From positions 1 through 31,160 of the forward strand of contig JBCDIB010000001.1 in NCBI GenBank assembly GCA_038749385.1: a DNA stretch of 31,160 nucleotides, given 5' to 3'. Position numbers and translations under genes: made by a program. The DNA is from Pseudomonadota bacterium. GTDB lineage: Bacteria; Pseudomonadota; Alphaproteobacteria; Rhizobiales; Rhizobiaceae. This document shows, in pieces, positions 9,110 through 18,217 of this stretch (its first letter is position 1; each line of letters opens with the position of its first letter). The notes under the pieces are model-generated. The model did not search any database and had not been told where the DNA came from. It worked only from the letters and a program-made list of their open reading frames with translations.

Positions 9110-10153
9110 TCAGCCAGCATCCGTGTTGAGCCAACGGCGTTGATCCGTCTTCATACCAAATCGTGTGGGGGCATGTGCGTAGGCGGCGAGCCCCAGCATT
9201 GGGGCCAGCGGGTGCATGACTACAGAGACGGGCAACTCGGCCAGCATGGCGCTGTGTGGGGCCTTGTCACGGAACGCATCGATCAGCTTGCCGTTGCGCA
9301 AAACTTCTATGATTTTCTGGCTGATGCCGCCGGTCAGATACACGCCACCGGTGGCGATGAAGATAAGTGCCAGATTGCCCGCAACACGGCCCAGATGTTC
9401 CGCAAACAGGTCCAGCGTTTCGTCCGCCAGCGCGTCGACTTCCTTAATGGCGGCATCGGAAATCTCTGAGGGTTGCGTGAATTTTGGCTCCACGCCATCG
9501 GCCTTGCAAAGCGCCCGATAAAGGTTCAGCAAGCCATCGCCGCAGACGATTTGCTCGGCGGACATGCGACCTTCAATGGTCTCCAGATATGGCCAATATT
9601 CCCGGTCCCGATCACTGACCGGGGCGAGATCTATGTGGCCACCTTCGCCCGGGATGGGCAGCCAAACGCCTTTTGCATTTACCAGTGCCGCAACACCCAA
9701 GCCGGTGCCCGGGCCAAGAATGACCTTTGGACCCACCGGGTCAGCCACATTGTCCGTCAGCGGCTCGATTTCTTCGTCCTTCAGCGCGGAAAGGGCCATG
9801 GCCTGCGCTTCAAAATCATTGAGAATGATGATTTCTTCCAAGCCAAATTCCTTGGCCAGCTGGCGGGGTTGTATCACCCAATGGGCGTTGGTCAGATCAA
9901 TCTCGTCACCATCCACCGGCCCTGCCACCGCCAAAATAGCGGTGCGCGGAATCAGCGAGGTTTTGTTCAAAACACCGGCGTCGATGGCTTCGCCCAGGTT
10001 TTCAAAGTCAGCGGTGCGCACGGGGTCGAAGTGCCGTGGGGCGGCGTGGCTATCCACCACGAGCGCAAACCGGGCATTGGTGCCACCAATGTCGCCGATA
10101 AGGACAGGGTAGTTGAAGCTGGTGGGGTCGGTGAGGTCGGATTGAATTTGCAT
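9110..10153 (-). CDS. glk: Glucokinase
   Basis: IGDIGGTNARFAL, LTNAHW, NDFEAQA, GPGTGLG, EGGH and GGVYLTGGI. Confidence 0.96.
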   Translation of the reverse strand: MQIQSDLTDPTSFNYPVLIGDIGGTNARFALVVDSHAAPRHFDPVRTADFENLGEAIDAGVLNKTSLIPRTAILAVAGPVDGDEIDLTNAHWVIQPRQLAKEFGLEEIIILNDFEAQAMALSALKDEEIEPLTDNVADPVGPKVILGPGTGLGVAALVNAKGVWLPIPGEGGHIDLAPVSDRDREYWPYLETIEGRMSAEQIVCGDGLLNLYRALCKADGVEPKFTQPSEISDAAIKEVDALADETLDLFAEHLGRVAGNLALIFIATGGVYLTGGISQKIIEVLRNGKLIDAFRDKAPHSAMLAELPVSVVMHPLAPMLGLAAYAHAPTRFGMKTDQRRWLNTDAG

Positions 10154-10157
10154 GGTC

Positions 10158-10565
10158 TTAAGGGTTCTTTGAAGACGTTGCCCGCGAAAGGCGGGCCGTT
10201 GAAATGAGGTGTTCTGCGGTGGCCAGATTAAGGGCCATGGGAATGTCGTAGACCAGTGCCAGCCGCATCAGCGCTTTCACGTCCACATCGTGGGGCATGG
10301 GTGACAACGGGTCGACCAGAAAAACCAACCCTTCAATTTGGCCCTCTGCAATCATGGCTCCGATCTGCTGATCGCCGCCAAGAGGGCCGGATTTCAGGCG
10401 ACGGAGTGTAAGGCCGGGCACGGCGTCCGCGATTCTACCACCCGTCGTGCCGGTTGCCACCAGATCAAACTGAGCCAGCTGGGCCTTATGCCGTACGGCA
10501 AACGCCACCAGATCGTCCTTCTTGGCGTCGTGAGCCACCAGCGCGATGGTTGTGGGAGACGCCAT
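10158..10565 (-). CDS. mgsA: Methylglyoxal synthase
   Basis: [39 protein letters not shown]. Likely start ATG at 10565 (MASPTTIAL). Confidence 0.96.
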   Translation of the reverse strand: MASPTTIALVAHDAKKDDLVAFAVRHKAQLAQFDLVATGTTGGRIADAVPGLTLRRLKSGPLGGDQQIGAMIAEGQIEGLVFLVDPLSPMPHDVDVKALMRLALVYDIPMALNLATAEHLISTARLSRATSSKNP

Positions 10566-10718
10566 CAGCTTGAAAATCCACAGTTTGTGTTGAGCGCAGC
10601 CAATAGCCTGGAACAAGCCTTGCGCGTTATTTCGTCAGCGTTACCGGAGGTCTAGCCGCTTTGAAAGCCGCAGGATGCACCCAATTTGCAATCTGATCGC
10701 AAAGCTGCGCACTTTTCC

Positions 10719-10728
10719 AAAGCGCTTT
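10719..10728. promoter_or_regulatory. Perfect palindrome AAAGCGCTTT, candidate LacI-family operator in the mgsA/BMP divergent region
   Basis: 10-bp perfect palindrome with a central CG core, next to an AT-rich TAATAT at 10733-10738. The regulator assignment is inference. Confidence 0.35.
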
Positions 10729-10957
10729 TGCTTAATATCTGGTCTGTGCCTACTCGGTGGGCAGGCAATCGGGCAAAACCGATGCGCTTCGGGCTTCCAA
10801 GCATGGCGGGGTCGTGCAATGTTTGCGGCAAGCGGAATGGCGCCCGACCCCAGAAATGAAGTCGGGCAGCGCTTTCGTCCAACCGGCCACCGCAGAGTTG
10901 GCCGACTATCAAACCCCGCGGGCCATCATGGCGTCCGCGTCAAAACAGGGATTTCAC

Positions 10958-11950
10958 ATGAACAAGTTTATCGCCAGCACCGTCGCCGCAATGGGCCTGA
11001 TGGTTTCTGCAGCCTATGCAGAAGGCCCTGCCGTGGTCTTCGACATGGGCGGCAAGTTCGACAAATCGTTCAACGAGGCTGCCTACAATGGCGCCGAGCG
11101 CTTCAAAGTAGAAACTGGTACCGATTACGCCGAGTTTGAAGTGCAGGCTGCTGCACAGCGCGAGCAGGCTCTGCGCCGCTTCGCCGAGCGTGGCCACAAC
11201 CCGGTTGTTGGCATCGGCTTCGCCCAGGCAGAAGCCATGAGCAAAGTCGCCGCTGAATTCCCCGACACCAACTTCGCCCTCGTGGACATGGTCGTCGACC
11301 TGCCAAACGTGCGTTCTGTGGTCTTCAACGAGCATGAGGGGTCTTACCTCGTGGGCGTGATGGCGGCCAAAGCCTCTGAAACCGGCAAAGTCGGCTTCAT
11401 CGGCGGCATGGACATTCCGCTGATCCGCAAATTCGCCTGTGGCTACGTGCAGGGCGTCAAGTCCGTGAACCCGGATGCTGAAGTGTTCCAGAACATGACC
11501 GGCACCACCGGCGAAGCCTGGAACAACCCTGTGAAGGGCGGCGAGCTCGCCACCAGCCAGATCGACCGCGGCGCTGACGTTGTTTATCACGCAGCAGGCG
11601 GCACTGGCCTCGGCGTTCTTCAAGCCGCCGCAGACGCCGGCAAGCTCGGCATCGGTGTGGACTCCAACCAGAACTACCTGCACCCCGGTTCCGTTCTGAC
11701 ATCCATGCTCAAGCGGGTCGACAACGCTGTCTATAACGCCATGAACGATGGTACATCCGGTGAGTTCACAACTGGCATCAACGTGCTCGGCTTGGCCGAG
11801 GATGGCGTGGGATACTCCCTCGACGAAAACAATGCCGATCTTGTCGATGAAGAAATGAAAATGGCTGTCGAACAGGCGAAAGCCGACATCATTTCAGGCT
11901 CCGTGACCGTGCACGACTACATGTCTGACAATAGCTGCCCAGCTGGCTAA
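10958..11950 (+). CDS. BMP-family ABC substrate-binding protein (nucleoside)
   Basis: Signal peptide MNKFIAS...AAYA, GGKFDKSFNE, FNEHEGSYLVG, KVGFIGG, YHAAGGTGLGV, IGVDSNQ and LTSMLKRVD. True start ATG 10958, not 10757. Confidence 0.95.
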   Translation: MNKFIASTVAAMGLMVSAAYAEGPAVVFDMGGKFDKSFNEAAYNGAERFKVETGTDYAEFEVQAAAQREQALRRFAERGHNPVVGIGFAQAEAMSKVAAEFPDTNFALVDMVVDLPNVRSVVFNEHEGSYLVGVMAAKASETGKVGFIGGMDIPLIRKFACGYVQGVKSVNPDAEVFQNMTGTTGEAWNNPVKGGELATSQIDRGADVVYHAAGGTGLGVLQAAADAGKLGIGVDSNQNYLHPGSVLTSMLKRVDNAVYNAMNDGTSGEFTTGINVLGLAEDGVGYSLDENNADLVDEEMKMAVEQAKADIISGSVTVHDYMSDNSCPAG

Positions 11951-11970
11951 GCCGAGCTGCGCGACCCTAA

Positions 11971-12009
11971 AGGGCCGCCCGTCCACATCGGGCGGGCGGC
12001 CTTCTCTTT
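11971..12009 (+). terminator. Strong GC hairpin between the binding-protein and ATPase genes (partial terminator or mRNA-stabilising element)
   Basis: 12-bp stem GGCCGCCCGTCC / GGGCGGGCGGCC with loop ACATC, followed by TTCTCTTT. Confidence 0.6.
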
Positions 12010-12036
12010 ACTCATACTCCACGAGTTCTGCAGCCC

Positions 12037-13677
12037 ATGCACGAAACCCCCGATATGACTGCCGCTGAACTGGCCAACCTGCCCCCCGCAATAGCGCTGC
12101 GTGGCGTGTCCAAAAGTTTCGGGCCGGTGCAGGCCAACAAGGACATTGAGCTGACGGTCAAAAAGGGCACGATCCACGGCATCATCGGGGAAAATGGTGC
12201 GGGCAAGTCGACTCTGATGAGCATTCTTTACGGCTTCTACCAGGCTGACAGCGGCACCGTTTCCATCGATGGGCGCGAGGTGCAGATCAAGAGTTCCGAC
12301 GCTGCCATCGATCTGGGTATCGGCATGGTGCACCAGCACTTCATGCTGGTGGATAATTTCACCGTCCTTGAAAACGTCATGCTAGGCGCCGAAGGCGGCG
12401 CGACATTGGGTAAGGGGATCAACAGTGCCCGGGCCGAGCTTAAACGCCTTGAGGATGAATATGCGCTGGATGTGGATCCCGACAGCGTAATCCAGGATTT
12501 GCCCGTCGGGCTCCAGCAGCGCGTGGAAATTCTGAAGGCGCTGTTTCGGGGCGCGGAAATTCTAATACTTGACGAGCCTACCGGTGTGCTGACGCCGGCC
12601 GAGGCCGATCATTTGTTCCGCATACTCGAGCAGCTTAAATCGCAGGGTAAAACTATCTTGCTCATCACCCACAAGCTGCGGGAAATCATGGCCATCACGG
12701 ATGAAGTGTCTGTCATGCGCCGAGGCGAGATGGTGGCCACCCGCACCACTGCCGACACGTCCGTTGAAGAGCTGGCCGAGCTGATGGTCGGTCGCCGTGT
12801 GCTGCTGCAGGTGGAAAAAGACCTTGCCATCCCAACCCAGGTGAAGCTGGAGGTTGAGGGTTTGACGGTGCGCGACAAGCGCGGCGTCACCATGGTGGAC
12901 GACGTGTCTTTCAACGTGCGCGCCGGCGAAATCGTCGGCATAGCCGGCGTGGCCGGCAACGGCCAGTCCGAGTTGCTCAAAGCCATATCGGGCATCGTTA
13001 AACCTGCGTCCGGTAAGATATTGCTCGATGGCGAAGTGCTGGACCAAAGCGGAACGCCCGACCCCCAGGAGGTGCGGGAGCGGGGCTTGGCGCATGTGCC
13101 TGAAGACCGGCACCATATGGGGCTGGTACTGCCCTTTGAAGAGCGCGAAAATGCGATTCTCGGATATCAGACAGACCCGAAATATGTGAACGGCGCATTT
13201 TTGGACATGTGGGCCATCCGCGCCGAGGCGGAAGCGAAAATCGAGCAGTACGACATCCGCCCCCCCAACCCGAAGCTCAAGACCGCCAATTTCTCCGGTG
13301 GCAATCAGCAGAAGATCGTGTTGGCCCGGGAGATGGAGCGGGATCCCAAAGTGCTCATCATCGGCCAACCCACCCGGGGTGTCGATGTGGGGGCTATCGA
13401 GTTCATTCACAAGCGCATTATCGCCATGCGCGATGCCGGGAAAGCCGTGCTTTTGGTGTCGGTGGAGCTGGATGAAATCCGTGCCTTGGCTGACCGTGTG
13501 CTGGTCATGTTTGCCGGCAAGATCGTGGGTGAATGCACACCCGACACGCCGGAGGGCGAAATCGGCCTCATGATGGCGGGTATTGAGCAGGACAAGGCGG
13601 CCGCGCTTGACGCTGCGCCTGGTGCGGTGCCGGTGGATGTCGCCACCCCAAAGCCAACTGTGCAGGCGCGGACATGA
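12037..13677 (+). CDS. CUT2-type tandem-NBD ABC ATPase (nucleoside/simple sugar import)
   Basis: NBD1 has Walker A GENGAGKST and ILILDEPT. NBD2 has the FSGGNQQK signature and GVDVGA. The complementary degeneracy of the two NBDs is typical of CUT2. Confidence 0.95.
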   Translation: MHETPDMTAAELANLPPAIALRGVSKSFGPVQANKDIELTVKKGTIHGIIGENGAGKSTLMSILYGFYQADSGTVSIDGREVQIKSSDAAIDLGIGMVHQHFMLVDNFTVLENVMLGAEGGATLGKGINSARAELKRLEDEYALDVDPDSVIQDLPVGLQQRVEILKALFRGAEILILDEPTGVLTPAEADHLFRILEQLKSQGKTILLITHKLREIMAITDEVSVMRRGEMVATRTTADTSVEELAELMVGRRVLLQVEKDLAIPTQVKLEVEGLTVRDKRGVTMVDDVSFNVRAGEIVGIAGVAGNGQSELLKAISGIVKPASGKILLDGEVLDQSGTPDPQEVRERGLAHVPEDRHHMGLVLPFEERENAILGYQTDPKYVNGAFLDMWAIRAEAEAKIEQYDIRPPNPKLKTANFSGGNQQKIVLAREMERDPKVLIIGQPTRGVDVGAIEFIHKRIIAMRDAGKAVLLVSVELDEIRALADRVLVMFAGKIVGECTPDTPEGEIGLMMAGIEQDKAAALDAAPGAVPVDVATPKPTVQART

Positions 13678-14126
13678 CCCTCAAACCCCGTATCAATATT
13701 ATCACCTTGGGTGTGGCCGACATGCCAACGTCCCGCGCCTTTTACGAAGCCCTTGGCTGGCCTCTGGAAGTTGCTCAATCCAACGATCAGGTCTCATTCT
13801 TTCGCGGTGACAATATCGTGCTCGGATTGTTTGGTGCGGACGCATTGGCTGAAGACGCCAATGTGAAGGGAGGCGGGCACGGCTTCAAAGCGGTCACGAC
13901 AGCCTATAATTGCCTCAGCGAAGCAGAGGTAGACGAAGCCTATGCCCACGCCGTGAATGTTGGCGCAACCGCCATCAAGCAACCGCAGAAAGTGTTCTGG
14001 GGTGGCTATTCCGGCTATTTCGCAGACCCAGACGGGCACCTCTGGGAGGTGGCCTACAACCCGTTCTTCGCCATGGACGAGAATGGCCAAATAGATTTCG
14101 CAGCCAGCGGTGAGGACCAAGCGTGA
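13674..14126 (+). CDS. VOC (glyoxalase/bleomycin-resistance fold) family protein
   Basis: ITLGVAD...SRAFYEALGW, FWGGYSGYFADPDGHLWEVAYNP. Overlaps both neighbours by 4 nt (ATGA at 13674, GTGA at 14123). Confidence 0.92.
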   Translation: MTLKPRINIITLGVADMPTSRAFYEALGWPLEVAQSNDQVSFFRGDNIVLGLFGADALAEDANVKGGGHGFKAVTTAYNCLSEAEVDEAYAHAVNVGATAIKQPQKVFWGGYSGYFADPDGHLWEVAYNPFFAMDENGQIDFAASGEDQA

Positions 14127-15247
14127 ACGACGAACTTCCCAAGTGGATCGACTACGGCCTGATCCCGTTCTTCAACCTCGTCGTGGCGTTTCTGGTGGCA
14201 GGGCTTGTCGTGCTGTTTGTGGGCGAGAATCCGCTTGAAGCTGCGCGGCTTATGGTCAAGGGCGCATTCGGCTACGGGTCAGGCATCGGCTTCACCCTTT
14301 TCTACGCCACCAATTTCATTTTCACAGGCCTTGCCGTGGCCGTTGCTTTCCATGCCGGCCTTTTTAACATTGGCGGTGAGGGTCAGGCGCTGGTCGGCGG
14401 CCTGGGTGCTGCGCTGGTGGCCATGGCGCTGGGCACGATATTGCCTTGGTATGTGAACTTCCCACTGCTGATCCTGGGGACGGCCCTGTTCGGCGCTTTG
14501 TGGGCTCTGATTCCGGCCTGGCTACAAGCCACGCGCGGCAGCCATATCGTCATCACCACCATCATGTTCAACTTCATCGGCGCGGCGCTGGTGACCTATC
14601 TGTTGTCCGGTGCACTGCGACCTGACGGGTCCATGGAACCTGCCTCGGCACCATTTCCGCCAGGTGCACAGATACCGAAGATGGATTGGCTCATGGGCTG
14701 GTTGGGCATCGACATCCGGTCGGCGCCCTTCAACATCTCATTCCTTGTCGCTTTGCTGGCAGCTTATCTCGTCTGGCTTCTCATCTGGCGCACGCGCTTC
14801 GGCTACGAAGTCCGAACCACCGGCGTGTCACCATCAGCGGCGGTCTATGCAGGCATTCCGCAAACGCGCACCATCATTGTGGTGATGCTCATCTCCGGTG
14901 CCTTGGCGGGCATGATGGCCATGAACACAGTTGTGGGTTCAGAGGCGCGTTACACGCTGGACAATGTGGCTGGAGCGGGCTTCGTGGGCATCGCCGTCGC
15001 GCTCATGGGGCGCTCGCACCCGGCGGGCATCATCCCGGCCGCTATTTTGTTCGGCGCGCTCTATCAGGGGGGCGCGGAACTGGCGTTCGACATGCCCGCC
15101 ATCACCCGCGATATGATCGTGGTCATTCAGGGCCTTGTCATCCTGTTCGCCGGGGCCATGGAGCATATGTTCCGGCCCTCCATCACGGCCATTGTGCGCA
15201 ATCGGCGCGGTGCGGTGGCAGCTTCCGCCGCACAAGCTGCGGAATAG
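14123..15247 (+). CDS. Nucleoside ABC transporter permease
   Basis: GLFNIGGEGQ, IVITTIMFNFI, GYEVRTTG, GFVGIAVALMGRSHP; multiple TM helices. Confidence 0.93.
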   Translation: MNDELPKWIDYGLIPFFNLVVAFLVAGLVVLFVGENPLEAARLMVKGAFGYGSGIGFTLFYATNFIFTGLAVAVAFHAGLFNIGGEGQALVGGLGAALVAMALGTILPWYVNFPLLILGTALFGALWALIPAWLQATRGSHIVITTIMFNFIGAALVTYLLSGALRPDGSMEPASAPFPPGAQIPKMDWLMGWLGIDIRSAPFNISFLVALLAAYLVWLLIWRTRFGYEVRTTGVSPSAAVYAGIPQTRTIIVVMLISGALAGMMAMNTVVGSEARYTLDNVAGAGFVGIAVALMGRSHPAGIIPAAILFGALYQGGAELAFDMPAITRDMIVVIQGLVILFAGAMEHMFRPSITAIVRNRRGAVAASAAQAAE

Positions 15248-15256
15248 GGGGCGGTC

Positions 15257-16225
15257 GTGGATCTCGTTGTTCTCGTTTCCATCATCAACGCCACGCTGCA
15301 GGCGGCGGTGCCCCTGACATTTGCAGCGTTGGCGGGGCTTTATTCCGAGCGCGCCGGTGTCTTCGACATTGGCCTTGAGGGCAAAATGCTGGGGGCCGCC
15401 TTCGCGGCCGCCACCATCGCCTTTTATTTCAACGATGCTTGGCTGGGACTTTTGGCGGGCATTCTCGTGTCCGTGCTGCTGGCCTTGGTGCACGGCTTTG
15501 CGTCGATCACGGTGCGCGGCAATCAGATCGTCTCGGGCGTCGCCATCAACTTCTTCGCCGCCGGAGCCACCGTACTGTTCGGCCAGGCGCTGTTTCGCCA
15601 GGGCGGGCGCACGCCGCAGCTGCAACGCGAAGGGCGGTTTCTCGATATCGACCTACCGTTTGCCGATGCTTTGCGGGACGTTCCAATCGTCGGCACAATT
15701 TATTCCGACATCATTTCCGGCCACAACGCGCTCGTCTATCTCGCCATTCTTGCCGTGCCGCTGACGGCGTGGGTGCTCTACCGAACGCGCGTGGGCCTGC
15801 GCCTGCGAGCCGTGGGGGAAAACCCCGGCGCGGTTGATACGGCGGGCATCTCGGTCACCTTCGAGCGCTACCGGGCTGTCATCATTTGCGGTGTGCTGTG
15901 CGGCTTTGCCGGCACGTCCCTTTCGCTGGCCCAGTCGGTCGGTTTCGGCAAAGACATGACCGCCGGGCGCGGATACATCGCGCTGGCCGCTCTCATTTTT
16001 GCCAAATGGAAACCTTGGCCCGTCCTGTGGGCATGCCTGCTGTTCGCATTTTTCGACGCCATTTCCACCACGCTCCAGGGCGTTACCTTCCCGGTGATCG
16101 GGCAGCTCAACCCGCAGCTGATCCAGGCTCTGCCATACATTCTGGTAGTGGTGCTGCTGGCCGGTTTCATCGGCAAGGCTATTCCGCCCAAAGCCGGTGG
16201 CGTGCCATACACCAAGGAACGCTAG
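15257..16225 (+). CDS. Nucleoside ABC transporter permease
   Basis: SERAGVFDIGLEGKML, QIVSGVAIN, GLRLRAVGENP, AGRGYIALAALIFAKW. Confidence 0.93.
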   Translation: MDLVVLVSIINATLQAAVPLTFAALAGLYSERAGVFDIGLEGKMLGAAFAAATIAFYFNDAWLGLLAGILVSVLLALVHGFASITVRGNQIVSGVAINFFAAGATVLFGQALFRQGGRTPQLQREGRFLDIDLPFADALRDVPIVGTIYSDIISGHNALVYLAILAVPLTAWVLYRTRVGLRLRAVGENPGAVDTAGISVTFERYRAVIICGVLCGFAGTSLSLAQSVGFGKDMTAGRGYIALAALIFAKWKPWPVLWACLLFAFFDAISTTLQGVTFPVIGQLNPQLIQALPYILVVVLLAGFIGKAIPPKAGGVPYTKER

Positions 16226-16226
16226 T

Positions 16227-16625
16227 GTGTCTCATGACCTGTTTGAGGCGGCGAAGGCTGCCAGTGAGAAACACCGCGCCACCTATTCCAATTTCCCCGT
16301 GGGGGCGGCCATCCGCACGGTCGATGGGCAGGTGTTCACCGGCGCGAACATCGAAGTGATCTCATATCCCGAGGGCTGGTGCGCCGAAACCAGCGCCATC
16401 GCCCACATGGTCATGGCGGGCGCGGACGGAATCGTGGAAATCGCGGTGTACGCACCAAAAAAGGACCTCATAACCCCCTGCGGTGGGTGTCGCCAACGGC
16501 TTGCGGAATTTGCCCATGGCGATCCGATATTGCACCTGACGGATGCAACCGGCGTGGTTGAGACAACCACCCTGTCCGCTCTATTTCCCCGGGGGTTCGA
16601 AGCGAAAGCACTGAAAGAAGACTGA
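16227..16625 (+). CDS. cdd: Cytidine deaminase (homotetrameric type)
   Basis: YSNFPVGAA, GANIE, CAE and PCGGCRQ zinc ligands. Likely GTG start at 16227 (MSHDLFEAA). Confidence 0.95.
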   Translation: MSHDLFEAAKAASEKHRATYSNFPVGAAIRTVDGQVFTGANIEVISYPEGWCAETSAIAHMVMAGADGIVEIAVYAPKKDLITPCGGCRQRLAEFAHGDPILHLTDATGVVETTTLSALFPRGFEAKALKED

Positions 16626-17425
16626 TGCATCCGGCTGTCGAAACTCTCATCAAACGTCTCGAAGGCCGCTCGCCGCGCACCGCCATGATTCTCGGCTCCG
16701 GCCTTGGTGATCTGGCGGATACGATCGAAGACGAGGTTTCCATTCCCTACGACGATCTGCCGGGGTTTCCGGTGGGCAATGTCACCGGTCACGCGCGGCG
16801 CGTGGTGGCCGGCACAATTGCGGGCAAGCCCATCATGATGCTGTCGGGGCGTGTGCATTATTATGAACATGGGGACGCCGCCGCCATGCGCCCGGTGCTG
16901 CAAACGCTGAGCGATATTGGCATCGAAAACCTGGTCCTCACCAATGCGGCCGGCTCGGTCGATCTCGATATTGAGCCAGGATCGGTGATGCAGATTAGCG
17001 ACCACATCAATTGGTCCGGCATGAACCCGCTCATGGGTGAAGAAACTGACGCGCGCTTCGTCGATCTGTCGGAAGTGTATGATCGTGGCCTGCTTAGTCT
17101 GTTTTCCTCCGCCGCCGAAACGGCGAACGTGCCCATGGGCAAAGGGATTTACATGTGGTTCTCCGGCCCAACCTTTGAAACGCCAGCCGAGATACGCATG
17201 TCCCAGACGCTGGGCGCAAATGCCGTTGGCATGTCCACCGTGCCAGAAGCCATTCTGGCTCGCTTTTACGGCCTGCGCGTCGCCGGTTTTTCCGTCATCA
17301 CAAATATGGGCGCAGGCATGCAATCCACCACACTCAGCCATGACGAAACAAAGCAGATGGCTCCCGTGGGCGGCGAAAAGCTGGCCAAAATACTGACGCA
17401 AGCCATTTCTGGAGGCGGCCTGTGA
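16625..17425 (+). CDS. punA: Purine nucleoside phosphorylase (trimeric PNP-I type)
   Basis: ILGSGLG, GR.H.YE, TNAAGS, GPTFETPAE, VGMSTVPE and ITN (the Asn associated with 6-oxopurine specificity). Confidence 0.93.
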   Translation: MHPAVETLIKRLEGRSPRTAMILGSGLGDLADTIEDEVSIPYDDLPGFPVGNVTGHARRVVAGTIAGKPIMMLSGRVHYYEHGDAAAMRPVLQTLSDIGIENLVLTNAAGSVDLDIEPGSVMQISDHINWSGMNPLMGEETDARFVDLSEVYDRGLLSLFSSAAETANVPMGKGIYMWFSGPTFETPAEIRMSQTLGANAVGMSTVPEAILARFYGLRVAGFSVITNMGAGMQSTTLSHDETKQMAPVGGEKLAKILTQAISGGGL

Positions 17426-18216
17426 AAACCCAATACGCCCAAGCTGACCGTGATCTGGCCCGCACGATCGTTTCCATGATCGACCTCACCAATCTCAACG
17501 ATGACTGCACCGATGCGGACATACACAAACTGTGTGAACAGGCGTTGGCCACCGACCAGCGCCCGGCCACCGCAGCCGTGTGCGTGTGGCCCGCCTTTGT
17601 TGCCCAGAGTAAGCAGGCCTTGACCGATAGCGGCGTACTGGTGGCAACAGTCGTGAACTTCCCAAAAGGCGGCACGGACACCGCCGCGGTCATGGTTGAG
17701 ACGGAGAAAGTGCTTGAGGCCGGCGCCGATGAAGTGGATCTGGTGTTTCCCTACGAAGCATGGATCGCTGGCGATGTGACCACCGCTACCGAGCAGGTCG
17801 AGGCCATCCGGGCGCTGGTGCAAGCGCCGGCCAAGCTGAAGGTGATCATTGAAACAGGTGAACTGGCCAATGAGGATCTGATCCGGGAAGCGTCGCTCAT
17901 GTGCATCGGGCAGGGGGTGGATTTCATCAAGACTTCCACCGGCAAGGTGGCTGAGAATGCGACGCTGGAGAGTGCCCGAATCATGCTTAGTGCCATCGCG
18001 CAAGCAGGTGGTGGAACCGGGGGAGTGTGCGGCTTCAAACCCGCCGGCGGCATCCGCACGTTTGACGATGCCAGAGATCATCTGGGCTTGGCGGCTTCCA
18101 TCATGGGTGAGGGCTGGGCCACGCCGGCCACCTACAGGTTCGGAGCCTCAAGCCTGTTGGGAAGTGTTGAGTCTGTTTTGATCGGTGGCGCCGCTGCTCC
18201 AGTCGGGGGCTATTGA
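17422..18216 (+). CDS. deoC: Deoxyribose-phosphate aldolase
   Basis: [38 protein letters not shown] (Schiff-base Lys), FKPAGGIR and RFGASSLL. Confidence 0.96.
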   Translation: MKTQYAQADRDLARTIVSMIDLTNLNDDCTDADIHKLCEQALATDQRPATAAVCVWPAFVAQSKQALTDSGVLVATVVNFPKGGTDTAAVMVETEKVLEAGADEVDLVFPYEAWIAGDVTTATEQVEAIRALVQAPAKLKVIIETGELANEDLIREASLMCIGQGVDFIKTSTGKVAENATLESARIMLSAIAQAGGGTGGVCGFKPAGGIRTFDDARDHLGLAASIMGEGWATPATYRFGASSLLGSVESVLIGGAAAPVGGY

Positions 18217-18217
18217 T

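Noticed and set aside
10780-10957. Possible purine riboswitch upstream of the nucleoside binding protein (contains GACTA)
   Set aside because: The other conserved elements (ATATGG loop, TTTCTACC, CCGTAAA) are absent. Only generic hairpins are visible.
12037-13677. Degenerate signature in NBD1 and degenerate Walker A in NBD2 of the ABC ATPase
   Set aside because: This is the standard complementary degeneracy of CUT2 tandem ATPases.
13674-14126. Annotation of the VOC gene as glyoxalase I (gloA) partnering mgsA
   Set aside because: Three of the four expected metal ligands appear to be absent, so it is left as a generic VOC protein.
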